DNA of 64,000 nt from a virus. Position 1 is the stretch's first letter, and every line of letters begins with the position of its first letter. Both the position numbers and the translations under genes were made by a program. The notes below the pieces were generated by a model, which was given only the letters and a program-made list of their open reading frames with translations, made no database searches and had not been told where the DNA came from. The stretch lies in the IMG/VR virus record IMGVR_UViG_3300045988_039373, positions 22,795 through 86,794 of that record; one strand, 5' to 3'. Of the stretch, positions 29,160 to 39,100 are shown piece by piece.

Positions 29160-29716
29160 TATTTTACCCTCCTTATTTCTTTTCTGATTTCATTTCGTAT
29201 TTCCTTTTGTAAGGCCGCCTTTCCACCTGCAGCCTTAAATGCAGGACCCCAGAGAGGACGAGGTGGTAAGTTACCATCTCTACTACCATACTCGAGCATG
29301 ATAGCAATCTGATTCAAAGTTTTTCTAGAAGTCTTACCTGTGTAGGTAATCTTCCTGATTCCAATTGGTAATCCTACAAAAGTCCTCTTCTTACCTTTTA
29401 CTATGGTAACGGACTTTGCATATTGACCAGTAAGGTTTAGCATGGTATGTTCTCCATACTTCTTAATGGTACCCGGAGAATGGGGTGGCCAAGATACTCC
29501 AGAACCCTTTGGAGGCATACCCGTATTTAAACTACGCCTTACTATACGAAGAAGTTGATTGCCAAACTTCTCTGTACCTTTCGCATAGCCTTTTGTTAAG
29601 ATACTTGGGGTTTGAGCAATCAACCTTTCTGCACGAGCTTGTTCTCGTTTATCTACGTATATTTCTAGTGAACCAATTGGGGTCGATAGATTAATATTAA
29701 CCGACTTACTTGGCAT
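29159..29716 (-). CDS. HK97 gp10-like head-tail joining / tail completion protein
   Basis: The track start at 29752 is TTG, and an ATG lies at 29716. MLEYGSRDGNLPPRPLWGPAF matches the gp10-family signature. Confidence 0.6.
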   Translation of the reverse strand: MPSKSVNINLSTPIGSLEIYVDKREQARAERLIAQTPSILTKGYAKGTEKFGNQLLRIVRRSLNTGMPPKGSGVSWPPHSPGTIKKYGEHTMLNLTGQYAKSVTIVKGKKRTFVGLPIGIRKITYTGKTSRKTLNQIAIMLEYGSRDGNLPPRPLWGPAFKAAGGKAALQKEIRNEIRKEIRRVK

Positions 29717-29717
29717 G

Positions 29718-30239
29718 TTACTTGTCTTTAAATAATCCCAGCTCTTCAGCAATTTTCTCCAGGAGTGCTTCTGACCTATTCAATCTGACATCCACATTAC
29801 CCATATAGGCTTTAAATTCTTCGAACTCAGGAGCTGGTTTACCGGGTTCTTTGTAATTGATAGAGCCTAAGATTTTATCACATTCTGATACAATTGCCTC
29901 ATACCTTTCTCGGTTATTGAGGATATTCACGGCATTCTGTCTCTGATTAGAAACTTCACTGACAATGTTATCCAGGTTAGTGGTATAATAAATACCATTG
30001 TAAATACCTTCCTCTGCCTGAGATGGCAAATAGATTGTGATTTGTGATACTGAATCTTGTATCACAAGTTCAAGGCTATTTACAAACCCATCCTTAACCA
30101 TGGATGCCATGGGTTTACTTTCACCTACCTTCAAAATCCTTGCCTGGTCGAAGATAGGATAGAGAGCACGTCGGTCTCTTTCTAAGGAGAAGATTATATC
30201 CCCTTTCTGCAACTTTTGAAAAATCATTTTATCGTCCAT
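29718..30239 (-). CDS. Hypothetical head-tail connector-region protein (173 aa)
   Basis: ATG verified. Position only. Confidence 0.45.
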   Translation of the reverse strand: MDDKMIFQKLQKGDIIFSLERDRRALYPIFDQARILKVGESKPMASMVKDGFVNSLELVIQDSVSQITIYLPSQAEEGIYNGIYYTTNLDNIVSEVSNQRQNAVNILNNRERYEAIVSECDKILGSINYKEPGKPAPEFEEFKAYMGNVDVRLNRSEALLEKIAEELGLFKDK

Positions 30240-30240
30240 G

Positions 30241-30441
30241 TTACCTCTTATTTATTAAATTTAAACCAAATGAAACTGCACCTGGGTTCTTCTGCATGAA
30301 GTCTACCAGGTTTAAGAATTGATAGTATCCAAATTGATCTATGAGTACCTGAGCTTTGTTTGCTACTTCTTGTGCAATCTCTATGTTAGGAGCGGGTAAT
30401 GCCAATTGTATCTTAAATTCGGTGAGTTGTTCTTGTTCCAT
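30241..30441 (-). CDS. Hypothetical protein (66 aa)
   Basis: ATG verified. Packed in the operon. Confidence 0.45.
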   Translation of the reverse strand: MEQEQLTEFKIQLALPAPNIEIAQEVANKAQVLIDQFGYYQFLNLVDFMQKNPGAVSFGLNLINKR

Positions 30442-30470
30442 AATTCCTTAGTTATTGGGTTAAAACGAAA

Positions 30471-30501
30471 AAAGGAGTACACCGGTTAGATGCACTCCTT
30501 T
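30471..30501 (-). terminator. Intrinsic terminator inside the virion operon
   Basis: The minus strand reads AAAGGAGTGCA-tctaaccgg-TGTACTCCTTT followed by TTTCGTTTT. Confidence 0.7.
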
Positions 30502-30526
30502 TCAATCATCTTAGTTTTTGGCAAAT

Positions 30527-31144
30527 TTAAGCCGGTGTAGTAGTGGTACCTTTCAAGGCGGCAACTACCTGGCTAATGATGTTCTGGTCTCTTTGAGCAT
30601 CAACTACCCGGTTAAGGCGAGCAATCTCCTGGTCTTTGGCAGTGTTCTCGATGAGGCACTTGATTTCCTGTTGGCCATTCTTGAGGTCACAGCAGCAACG
30701 TTCCAACTGAAGAGCCAAGTCAGATTTTACTTCTTTAATCAAGCCTTTGGTTTCACAGCAGCAATCCGACTGTTGGTGTTCCATGTGGCAGAGACGATCC
30801 ATAACACGGTTGAAGCCTGCGCCCATTTGGTCACGAGAATCTCGGATATCCGAATTAGTTTTGTAACCCAAATCGCAAAGACCTCTTTCCGTAGTGAAAC
30901 GGTTGTTAAGGATTTCTCTACCAACACCGGCAACATCTTTTGCTACCCCACTGATTTCTTGAGTAACTCCACGAGCAGCATCAGAGATATCTTTGTAGAT
31001 ACCTGCCTTTGCTTCTTGAACCGTAGCTTCTACTTTCTGAATATCAGCTTTTGTGTCATTGATTTTGTCCCATACGGAAACTGCAGCAGCACCAAAGCCA
31101 CCACCTACCAATGCACCACCAACGGCTCCCCATCCAGAGCCCAA
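30527..31144 (-). CDS. Glycine-zipper membrane segment + coiled coil + paired CCC-motif protein, unknown function
   Basis: N-terminus GSGWGAVGGALVGGGFGAAAVSVW. Contains SDCCCETKG and ERCCCDLKNG. The only start in this frame is a TTG at 31144. An ATG at 31233 opens a 43-codon ORF that would need a -1 shift to join this frame. Confidence 0.5.
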   Translation of the reverse strand: MGSGWGAVGGALVGGGFGAAAVSVWDKINDTKADIQKVEATVQEAKAGIYKDISDAARGVTQEISGVAKDVAGVGREILNNRFTTERGLCDLGYKTNSDIRDSRDQMGAGFNRVMDRLCHMEHQQSDCCCETKGLIKEVKSDLALQLERCCCDLKNGQQEIKCLIENTAKDQEIARLNRVVDAQRDQNIISQVVAALKGTTTTPA

Positions 31145-31303
31145 CCGGAATGATCTCTATATCCGCAACCATCGTTACAGCCTCTGTCCGCGATTACAAC
31201 GCCATCGCCGGCACCTTTTACTTCTACTCCCATAATTGTAAGATTTTAAAGATTAATACTTAGGTTAATTATACATTAAATACAGAATGGTGTTGTATTT
31301 TTA

Positions 31304-33154
31304 TTACCCCAAATTAAATACGTATTCATAAGTAATTGTTGCAGCATTCTGAGTTATGTTGACTGTAAGCTCCCAACCCTCATCATCGTTTTCTGCTTGC
31401 CTTAATTTAATGGTACCTGACCTTGTTGATTCTACGGTGTTCTCCGTTAAGGTTAAGGTTAACCCATAGTTTCCATTATCACTGGATAGTGTTGTAATGG
31501 CTACATTTGTAACCCAACTTGGTTTTGAAGTTACGGTTAAAGCCAAGGGATATCTTGTACTTACCTCAGAACCATTTATTACCTTAGTCTTAAAAGAATA
31601 AGCTACATCAACTGTAAAGTTATTACCTCCCAAAGCTGACAATCCGGTTCTAGTGGTAGTTCTTGAACCAGTAGGGGAAGTGAATGCCAAGTAATACTTA
31701 TAAGATACTGAAGCAGCACTCTGTGTAACTGTGATTGTCTTAGTAGTTGCCCCACTATAGGATGCAGTTACTACACAGCTTCTACTTGAAGTACCCGAGT
31801 TCTCCGTAGCAGTAAGTACCGTCTTAGCAGCATTCAAACTAAAACCAGTACCACTTGCACTAACCGTAGGTGTAGCACTCTTCGAAGAACCTGCACTTGT
31901 TGACCCTGAACTCCAATGGTTGGTAGTAGGTATACTTACACTGGCATAAATATTAACACTACCTCCTGAATTAGAGATAGAGTATGAACTTGCAAATAAG
32001 CTTATTACTGGTGTACCATCAGTAGTACTGGTAATTTTATTCTCTGCCTGGTATACATCGAGAGTTATAGATTTCGATTTACCATTCAGAGATACAGTAC
32101 AAGTAAGGGAGCCTACCCTTGTTCTAGCCTTTGCAGTAGTTCCCAAAGAACCTGCACTAACTGCAGTACCATAACTAATGCTAGCACCGCTTGTAATTGT
32201 GCCTCCTCCAGTTGTAGAACCATTCCATCCCCAAGTCTGAGAATATGAGGGCATAGTTGAGAATGAACTTCTACTTCCTCCACTTGCAGGTATATCGGAT
32301 ACACTTCCTCCACTTACAGTGATTTCACTATAGGTTCTATAACCTGCAGATTGAGAACAACTGATAGTTAGTTTCTTATTGGTTTCTGCCTGAGTTAATA
32401 CTACACTACCCGACTTTGCCGAAGTAGAAGTATTATTTGCCATAGTTACTGAAGTACCAGTACCGGTAACTCCGGTATTAGCCCTGGTATAACTTAAGGG
32501 AATTTGATTACCATAGGTATGTCCATTTCGGTATTCCTGTTTATAAGAGGTTACAGTAAATGTTTTTGTTCCTCCAGTTGCCCCAAAAGACAGAGAAGTG
32601 GGATTCACTGAGAATGTTTGAGACCAACTTTGAGATGCTGCTGCCTGGGTAAATGTGAATTCCACGGTTTTACCAGATTCAGATTGAGTAGCCAACCCCT
32701 TACCAGACCTTGAGGTTAGGTCTAGATTCCCTGAAGCTTTCCAAGGCTTTCCATCTGCCGGCTTACTATAGTTAGTAATCCAACTTGGTTTACTGTTTAT
32801 TACGTAATTAACACTAACAGCAGACCCATTAGCTACATTATCCCAATATTTCTGCTTCGTACTGGTAAACTCAAAATCAAAATTAGAACTACTGGGGTTA
32901 CCTAAAGCATCAAAACTTATACTGGAGTATCTCAAAGTGAATGTATACTTATAAGTTACCTTATGAATATCTTCGAGTTTAACAGCTTCGTTATTACCAT
33001 AGGAACTAGCATTGGAGATTTCCAAGCCAACGTAACTTTCCCCCGTTCCTGTAGAGGCGAGTGCTAACAATTCAGCCTTGGTAGGGCAGTCATTACCTGT
33101 CTTACCAAGGCCTACTTTAGTTTTGACAGCACTCCATGTTGCTATCTCTCCCAT
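31304..33154 (-). CDS. Ser/Thr-rich multi-BACON/Ig-like domain virion protein (616 aa)
   Basis: Repeated module ends VEFTFTQAAAS, KLTISCSQSAG, KSITLDVYQAEN, KTITVTQSAAS, LTVNITQNAAT. Also KPSWITNY / KPSWVTNV and ...STRSGTIKLRQ. Confidence 0.6.
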   Translation of the reverse strand: MGEIATWSAVKTKVGLGKTGNDCPTKAELLALASTGTGESYVGLEISNASSYGNNEAVKLEDIHKVTYKYTFTLRYSSISFDALGNPSSSNFDFEFTSTKQKYWDNVANGSAVSVNYVINSKPSWITNYSKPADGKPWKASGNLDLTSRSGKGLATQSESGKTVEFTFTQAAASQSWSQTFSVNPTSLSFGATGGTKTFTVTSYKQEYRNGHTYGNQIPLSYTRANTGVTGTGTSVTMANNTSTSAKSGSVVLTQAETNKKLTISCSQSAGYRTYSEITVSGGSVSDIPASGGSRSSFSTMPSYSQTWGWNGSTTGGGTITSGASISYGTAVSAGSLGTTAKARTRVGSLTCTVSLNGKSKSITLDVYQAENKITSTTDGTPVISLFASSYSISNSGGSVNIYASVSIPTTNHWSSGSTSAGSSKSATPTVSASGTGFSLNAAKTVLTATENSGTSSRSCVVTASYSGATTKTITVTQSAASVSYKYYLAFTSPTGSRTTTRTGLSALGGNNFTVDVAYSFKTKVINGSEVSTRYPLALTVTSKPSWVTNVAITTLSSDNGNYGLTLTLTENTVESTRSGTIKLRQAENDDEGWELTVNITQNAATITYEYVFNLG

Positions 33155-33155
33155 A

Positions 33156-36100
33156 TTAATCTACATCTTTAAGATTTCTGAGTTCTGAGATTTCAGCCTT
33201 CAAAGCCTTAATCTCTTCGTAAAGAAGTTTAATACCTTCGATTGCCAGAGTAGACATCTTATGGTACTTAACTTGTTTTACCAATACATATTCTTCACCG
33301 TCGATAACAACCGTTTCGAATTCCTCAGGATTAGGAACTGAATCCTTAGTTCTTGGGTCTTCTTCCACATAATGGTTAAACCCTGCTGCTTCCAAACCTT
33401 GTGCAATGGTACCTTCATCTTCCTTACCATCCATGATAAAGGATTCTGTAGGTATACTGCAAATCTGTTCCAAAGTATGGGTTAATGGTTTGATGTTAGA
33501 TTTCAATCTTTCATCGGAAGACTCTTTCCAGAAACCGGAAGGAGCAGTAGTCTTAGCAAATACTACCTGGTCAGTAGTTGCCAATCCCAATTGAGCTCTA
33601 GTTACTGTATGAGGATTATCCTTTCTACCTGCATGACTATTGATAGAAGTCTGAGCAGTAGTACCTGCAGCCTTAGCATCAGCAATAGCAGTAGCTTGAG
33701 CAGTAGATACTGGCTTATCAGCATCAGAAGTATTATTAACATTACCCAATCCAACCTGAGTTTTAGTAACTGTATGAGGATTAGATTTATTGGCAATGTG
33801 ATTATTTACCTTAGTTTCTAAGGCAGTTACATCTGAACCAGTATCGGCAATCAAATCGTCAACGTAAGTTTTCAATTCTGTACGAAGAGCATTGATGGCA
33901 TTAGTTCTATTGGTAATCTCATTTGCCAACCCCTGTACGGTATTATCCAAGTTAGTCTTATCTGCTGCAGTCATTACACCTGCAGTAGTCTTAGTTGCTG
34001 CAAGTATATCTCTAATTAAATCTGTAGCACCTTCATAAGTCTTACCCTCTGCACTCTTAGTTTTATTATTAAGAGTAGCTCTTACATTAGTTGAATTATG
34101 GGTAAGAGTGAATCCAGTAAGAATAATTCCTGGAAGAGAACTATTAAAGGTATCATGAGCATTATCTTTTGCAATACGGGCCTCTTGTTCAGCTTCAATA
34201 GCATCTGGTAAGGTTTGATTAAGCTTTATTACACTATCGGCATCCATCAGACCAGCTTCTTGAGTAGTGGCTGGGGTTAGAGGGATTACCATCCCATCGG
34301 GTTTATCAATGTAATGCCCTTGACCATCCGTAGCAGAATAGTTACATAAGATAATAACATTACGCTTATTTTTGTTAGCTATTGAAACCTTACTAATTAA
34401 ATTTTTAGGCATGCTAGATACCACATCCTCAAGATGCTTACCTCTACTACCTTCGAAAGCAGTACCTGCGATTTCCCCAATGATAAGAGACGAAGTATTA
34501 CTGTCTACGAATTTAGTACCTGACCAACGGAATTGGTATGGAGGTTCACCATCGGCAACATTTATATAAATCTTACCAGATTCTCCAACTACGGGAGTTT
34601 GGTGACCTGCATCCGTATACAATTGAACATTAGTAAGACCTCCAGTGGGGCTTACATCATAGGTAGCATATACTTCAAGTACATCATCTACATATGAAGG
34701 CAAATGGTTAGCAGGTACTAACCCCTTCCCATCCAATGGAGCAAAGCCATCAGCCTTACCCTTAGTTGCTACAAAGGCATCATGTTTAGCTTCTAGAGTA
34801 TTAATATTATTCTGTAACTTAGTTTCAAGGGTAGTATCTGCCGCAGTTCTATCGGCAATCTCCTTATCAATCCTTGCACCCAATGCAGTATCAGCAGAAG
34901 TACGAGCAGTTGCTTCATCGTTTACAGCTTTAGTAAACTTGGTATCTAAAGCAGTATCTGCAGCTTTTCTATCAGCTACTTCTTGAGCAAGAGCGGCTTC
35001 TGATTTACCGTCCAAAGCTTCGATAGCATCTTTACGGTCCTGAACCTCTTGAGCAATAGCATTGGGTAATGTCTCATCCAGATTAACTTTATCTTGGGCG
35101 GTCATTACACCAGCTTTCTCTGTAGTAGCTGCTGGGATATAAGTAGTCTTATAATCTTCAGGCTCATGAGTATAAATACCCTCTTCTTTTTTAGAAGAGA
35201 AATTATGAGTTAAAGTAACATGACTGCTTTGTTGACCTACCTCAACTGGTTTATCACCAGATAAGATAATAATATTATCTGGTATAGAATCAAACAGCTT
35301 CTTATCTGCTGCAGTTTGTACACCAGCTTTCTCTGTAGTAGAGGCAGGCAATGTAATAGGATTCTGTTCTACTGTACCATCTTCAACTACGGTCTTAGTA
35401 GCAGCTATGCCAACAGTAGTTTCATTGGGAGTTACTGCACCAAGGGCAAAGTTAGCAGTAGAGATTCTATCCAATTCTACCTTATCTTTCGCAGTCATCG
35501 TACCAGCCTTAGTAGCCGATACCTGAGGCAAATCGAAAGTTTCGGTAGTATCAGCATTCAAACCGTTATCCTTAGTTACGGTTACTGTTACCTTATTAGC
35601 ATCAGAAGCTGCAGAGAGATCAGTTAAAGAATTTGGGTCTAACCCATCTAACTTAACCTTGTCTGCTGCAGACATAACTCCAGCAAGAGTTTGAGTTACC
35701 GGAAGTAAATTCTTGGTAGCTTCTACTTCTTCACCATATTGGTTATTTGCCTTATCCTTGGTTGAAGTCTTTACTTTGAAAGAAAGCTGAGTATCTGTTC
35801 GGGTTACAGTACTAACATCGGTAACCATGGTGTCTGGCAAAGCATCGGAAGTACCTTCTTCAGCTTCCAATCTTTCTTCATGGTCATCGGTAATGTTAGT
35901 GAATTTATTATCTAAGGCAGTATCAGCATCGGTTCTGTCCTGAATTTCTTTATCGATACGTTTACCCAAAGCTGTATCGGCAGCAATACGGGCAGCTTCT
36001 TCTGCATCGATGTTATCCTGGAGAACTTTATCTGCGGCCTTTCTTTCCTCTCTCTCTGTATTAAGGTCAGAAGTATTCTGATCAATCTTTGCTTCCAACC

Positions 36101-39100
36101 GAATATCTTCAGCTTTACGAGCAGCAATTTCGTTATTTAACAGATCCGTAATGGCCGTATAATTACCATTGATATTATCCTGAATACCCTGGATTAATTC
36201 CAGGTTACGTTGGATATTAGCAGTATTCTGAGTTACCAGAGCATTAGTAGCATTCAGGGAAGTTAACAACTCTGTACGAGTTTCACTTACAAAAGTTCTC
36301 AGCTCATTTACCGTAGTAGTAAGAGTATTACTCAGGTTAGTGAATGATTGTTGTAAAGTATTATCTCCCTGTTCTCGTAAGTTCTTTTCGGCTTCAAGCT
36401 TATTCTCCAACTCTGTAAGCTTAGCAGTCATAGTTGCTGCAAAGTTGGGGTCATCACCGAGAGCCTTAGCAATCTCTGCCAAAGTGTCCAATACTTCAGG
36501 GGCTGAACCAATAATCTTTTGGATTGCAGCCTCTACTTGTTCTGCATTCTGAAAGTCAGAATCGTTTAATAACTGAGAAACCTTAGTGATATAGTTTGCA
36601 TGTTCTTCGATGCCATCCAACTTGGCATACAGCAAGTCAGTGAAATCATTTGAAGAAAGTACCTTGCCATCTACCTTATCTACCTTCTTATCGTCCATTG
36701 CCTGGTCTGCAGCAATTCTATCTGCTTTCTCCTGAGCAACAGCATTACTGATAAGAGTATCTTGATTAGCTCTTTCAGTTGATTCTTTATCGATATTGGT
36801 TTGAAGTAAAGTATCTCCAGCTAAGCGGTCATTCTTTTCGGTAAGGATATCCTTATTAATACCAGCCATATCATCCTTGTGATTCTGAAGGTTGGTATCA
36901 ATCTTGGCCTCAAGAGAAGTCTCTTTGGCAATTGCTCGGTCTTTCTCTGCATTAATAGCAGTAGTGTTGGCATTTACCTTTGCTTTTAGTTCATTCATAG
37001 CATCGGTATTACCTGCCTCTAGAGAATCAATACGAACTCCCAAAGCATTATCACCAGCAATACGATTTTCCTTTTCTTGTTCAAGCTTAGTGTTAATATT
37101 ACCTACTTCGGATTCCAAAGCTTGTTTGGTATTATCCAACTTAGCAGTAAACTCAGTACTCAAAGCTTTATCAGCTGCAGTACGGTCTGCTACTTCTTTA
37201 TCTAAGTTAACCTGGAGAACTTGGTCGGCAGCCTTTCTTTCTACACTCTCAGTATTAAGGTCGATATTGAGAGTATCGATACGAGAACTCAAGGCACTAT
37301 CAGCATTAGTACGATCAATGATTTCTTCGTTAATCATATCCTTAACTTCCTTGTAGTTATCACCTACAGTCTTAGTTAAGTTTGTGATTGCCTCTGAATT
37401 TCTTTCAATACTATGTTGGTTAGTGGCAATAGCAGTAGTATTTGCATTTACCTGCTCAGTAAGCTCATTACGCAATGTATTGATAGACTCTTGCATACTC
37501 AATGCCAAGTCTGAAATACGTTGGTTAACGTTAGCCAGACTTTGAGTATAGGCTTCATCTGCAGTCTTTCTTTCGGCAATCTCTTTATCCAAGCTAGATT
37601 GAATTGCGGCATCTGCATCTTTACGGTCTTGGATTTCCTTGTTAAGATTGTCTTTTACAACTCCAAGAGCAGCATCACCAATAGCAGACTTATTGTCTAC
37701 ATATTCTTTCAGTTTAGTTTCAAGAGCTGTATCAGCATCCTTACGAGCTTGAACTTCAGCAGCTACCTCAGCACTGTTTGCCTCATCACCCGCAATTCGG
37801 TCTTCGATTTCTTGGTTAACCTGTTCTGTGATTGCAGCCAATTTCTTGGTAATGGTAGCAGCAAAGTTGGGGTCATTTCCAAGGGCATCAGCAATTTCCT
37901 TAAGAGTATCAAGTACTTCTGGAGCAGAACCAATAATCTTTTGGATAGCTGCATTTACCTCTTCCTCAGTTTGGAAACCAGAATCGTTGATAAGCTGAGA
38001 AAGATGCGTAATATAATTTGCCTTTTCCTCAATTCCATCAAGTTTAGCTTTGAGTATATCGGTAAAGTCATTCTTAGTCAAAGAATAGCCTTCACGTTTA
38101 TCTACTTTCTTAGTATCAAGATCTTTATCACCTTTTTCTCTAGCAGCAGCCTCGGCAGCAATAGCATTAAGCAATTGCTCCTTGTCTTCTACACCCTGCT
38201 CTTTTACATCTTCGATTTTGTGTTCAAGAACTAAATCCTGAGCAGCACGAGTAGTAGCCTCTGAATCGATATTGTTCTGTAATACTTGGTCTGCAACAGT
38301 ACGGGCCTGAACTTCTTTATCAATATTACCTTGAAGAGCATTATCTGCATTGGTACGGTCTGTTACCTCTTTAGAGATTTCATTGTGAAGAACTTGGTCC
38401 TCAGAATGACGGTCTACCTTCTCTTGGTCAATTTTACCTTGAAGAGCTAAAGTATCTGCCTGGCGATTAGTGATTTCTTCGTTAATCTTAGAATCCAGTA
38501 CAGTATCTGCGTTAGTACGATTTGCAGTTTCTTCTGCAATCTTTGACTCAAGGGATGCCTTATCATTGATATGGAGAGTTTTAAGGTCATTTACACTTTC
38601 CTTAATCTCATTATCGGCAGCAATACGTTCATCTTTTTCCTTTTGGATAAGATCCTTGAGTTCCTTCTCAAGTTCACCATTACCTTGATTTACCTTATCT
38701 TCAAGGTCTTTGATATCTTCAGCATTCTTATCTACCTTCTTCTCAACTCGGTCGATTTCAGCTTTTAAGTCTGCCTTAACGGTATCAATCTTCTTATTGA
38801 TTTGGTCTAACCCATATTCTAGGTTATCCTGAACTGCAGCTACTGCAGCACCCAGAGCAGCTTCGGCTTCCTTAGCACGATTAACCTCTTCGGTTAAAGC
38901 AGTACGAAGGTCGGTTAATTTATTAGTGATAGTAGTTGCAAAGTTGGGGTCATTGCCCAATGCTTCTGCCAACTCTTTAAGAGTATCAAGGGCATCATCA
39001 GCACCATCAACCAAATCACTAATCATCTGTTTAACTTCTTCCTCAGTTTGATATTTCAAATCATTCTCAAGCTGAGAAACTTTAGTGATATAATTTGCAT

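Noticed and set aside
30518-31153. 211-aa plus-strand ORF mirroring the glycine-zipper gene
   Set aside because: It is almost coextensive with the minus-strand ORF in a locally GC-rich, stop-poor segment. The orientation of the surrounding operon and the downstream minus-strand terminator favour the minus strand. I kept it only as part of the oddity described in the findings.
36340-38768. Several plus-strand ORFs of 65-237 aa antisense to the giant fibre gene
   Set aside because: They are Ser/Leu/Ile-rich antisense translations of a repetitive coiled-coil (Glu/Lys/Asp/Ala codon) gene, which is a typical artefact.
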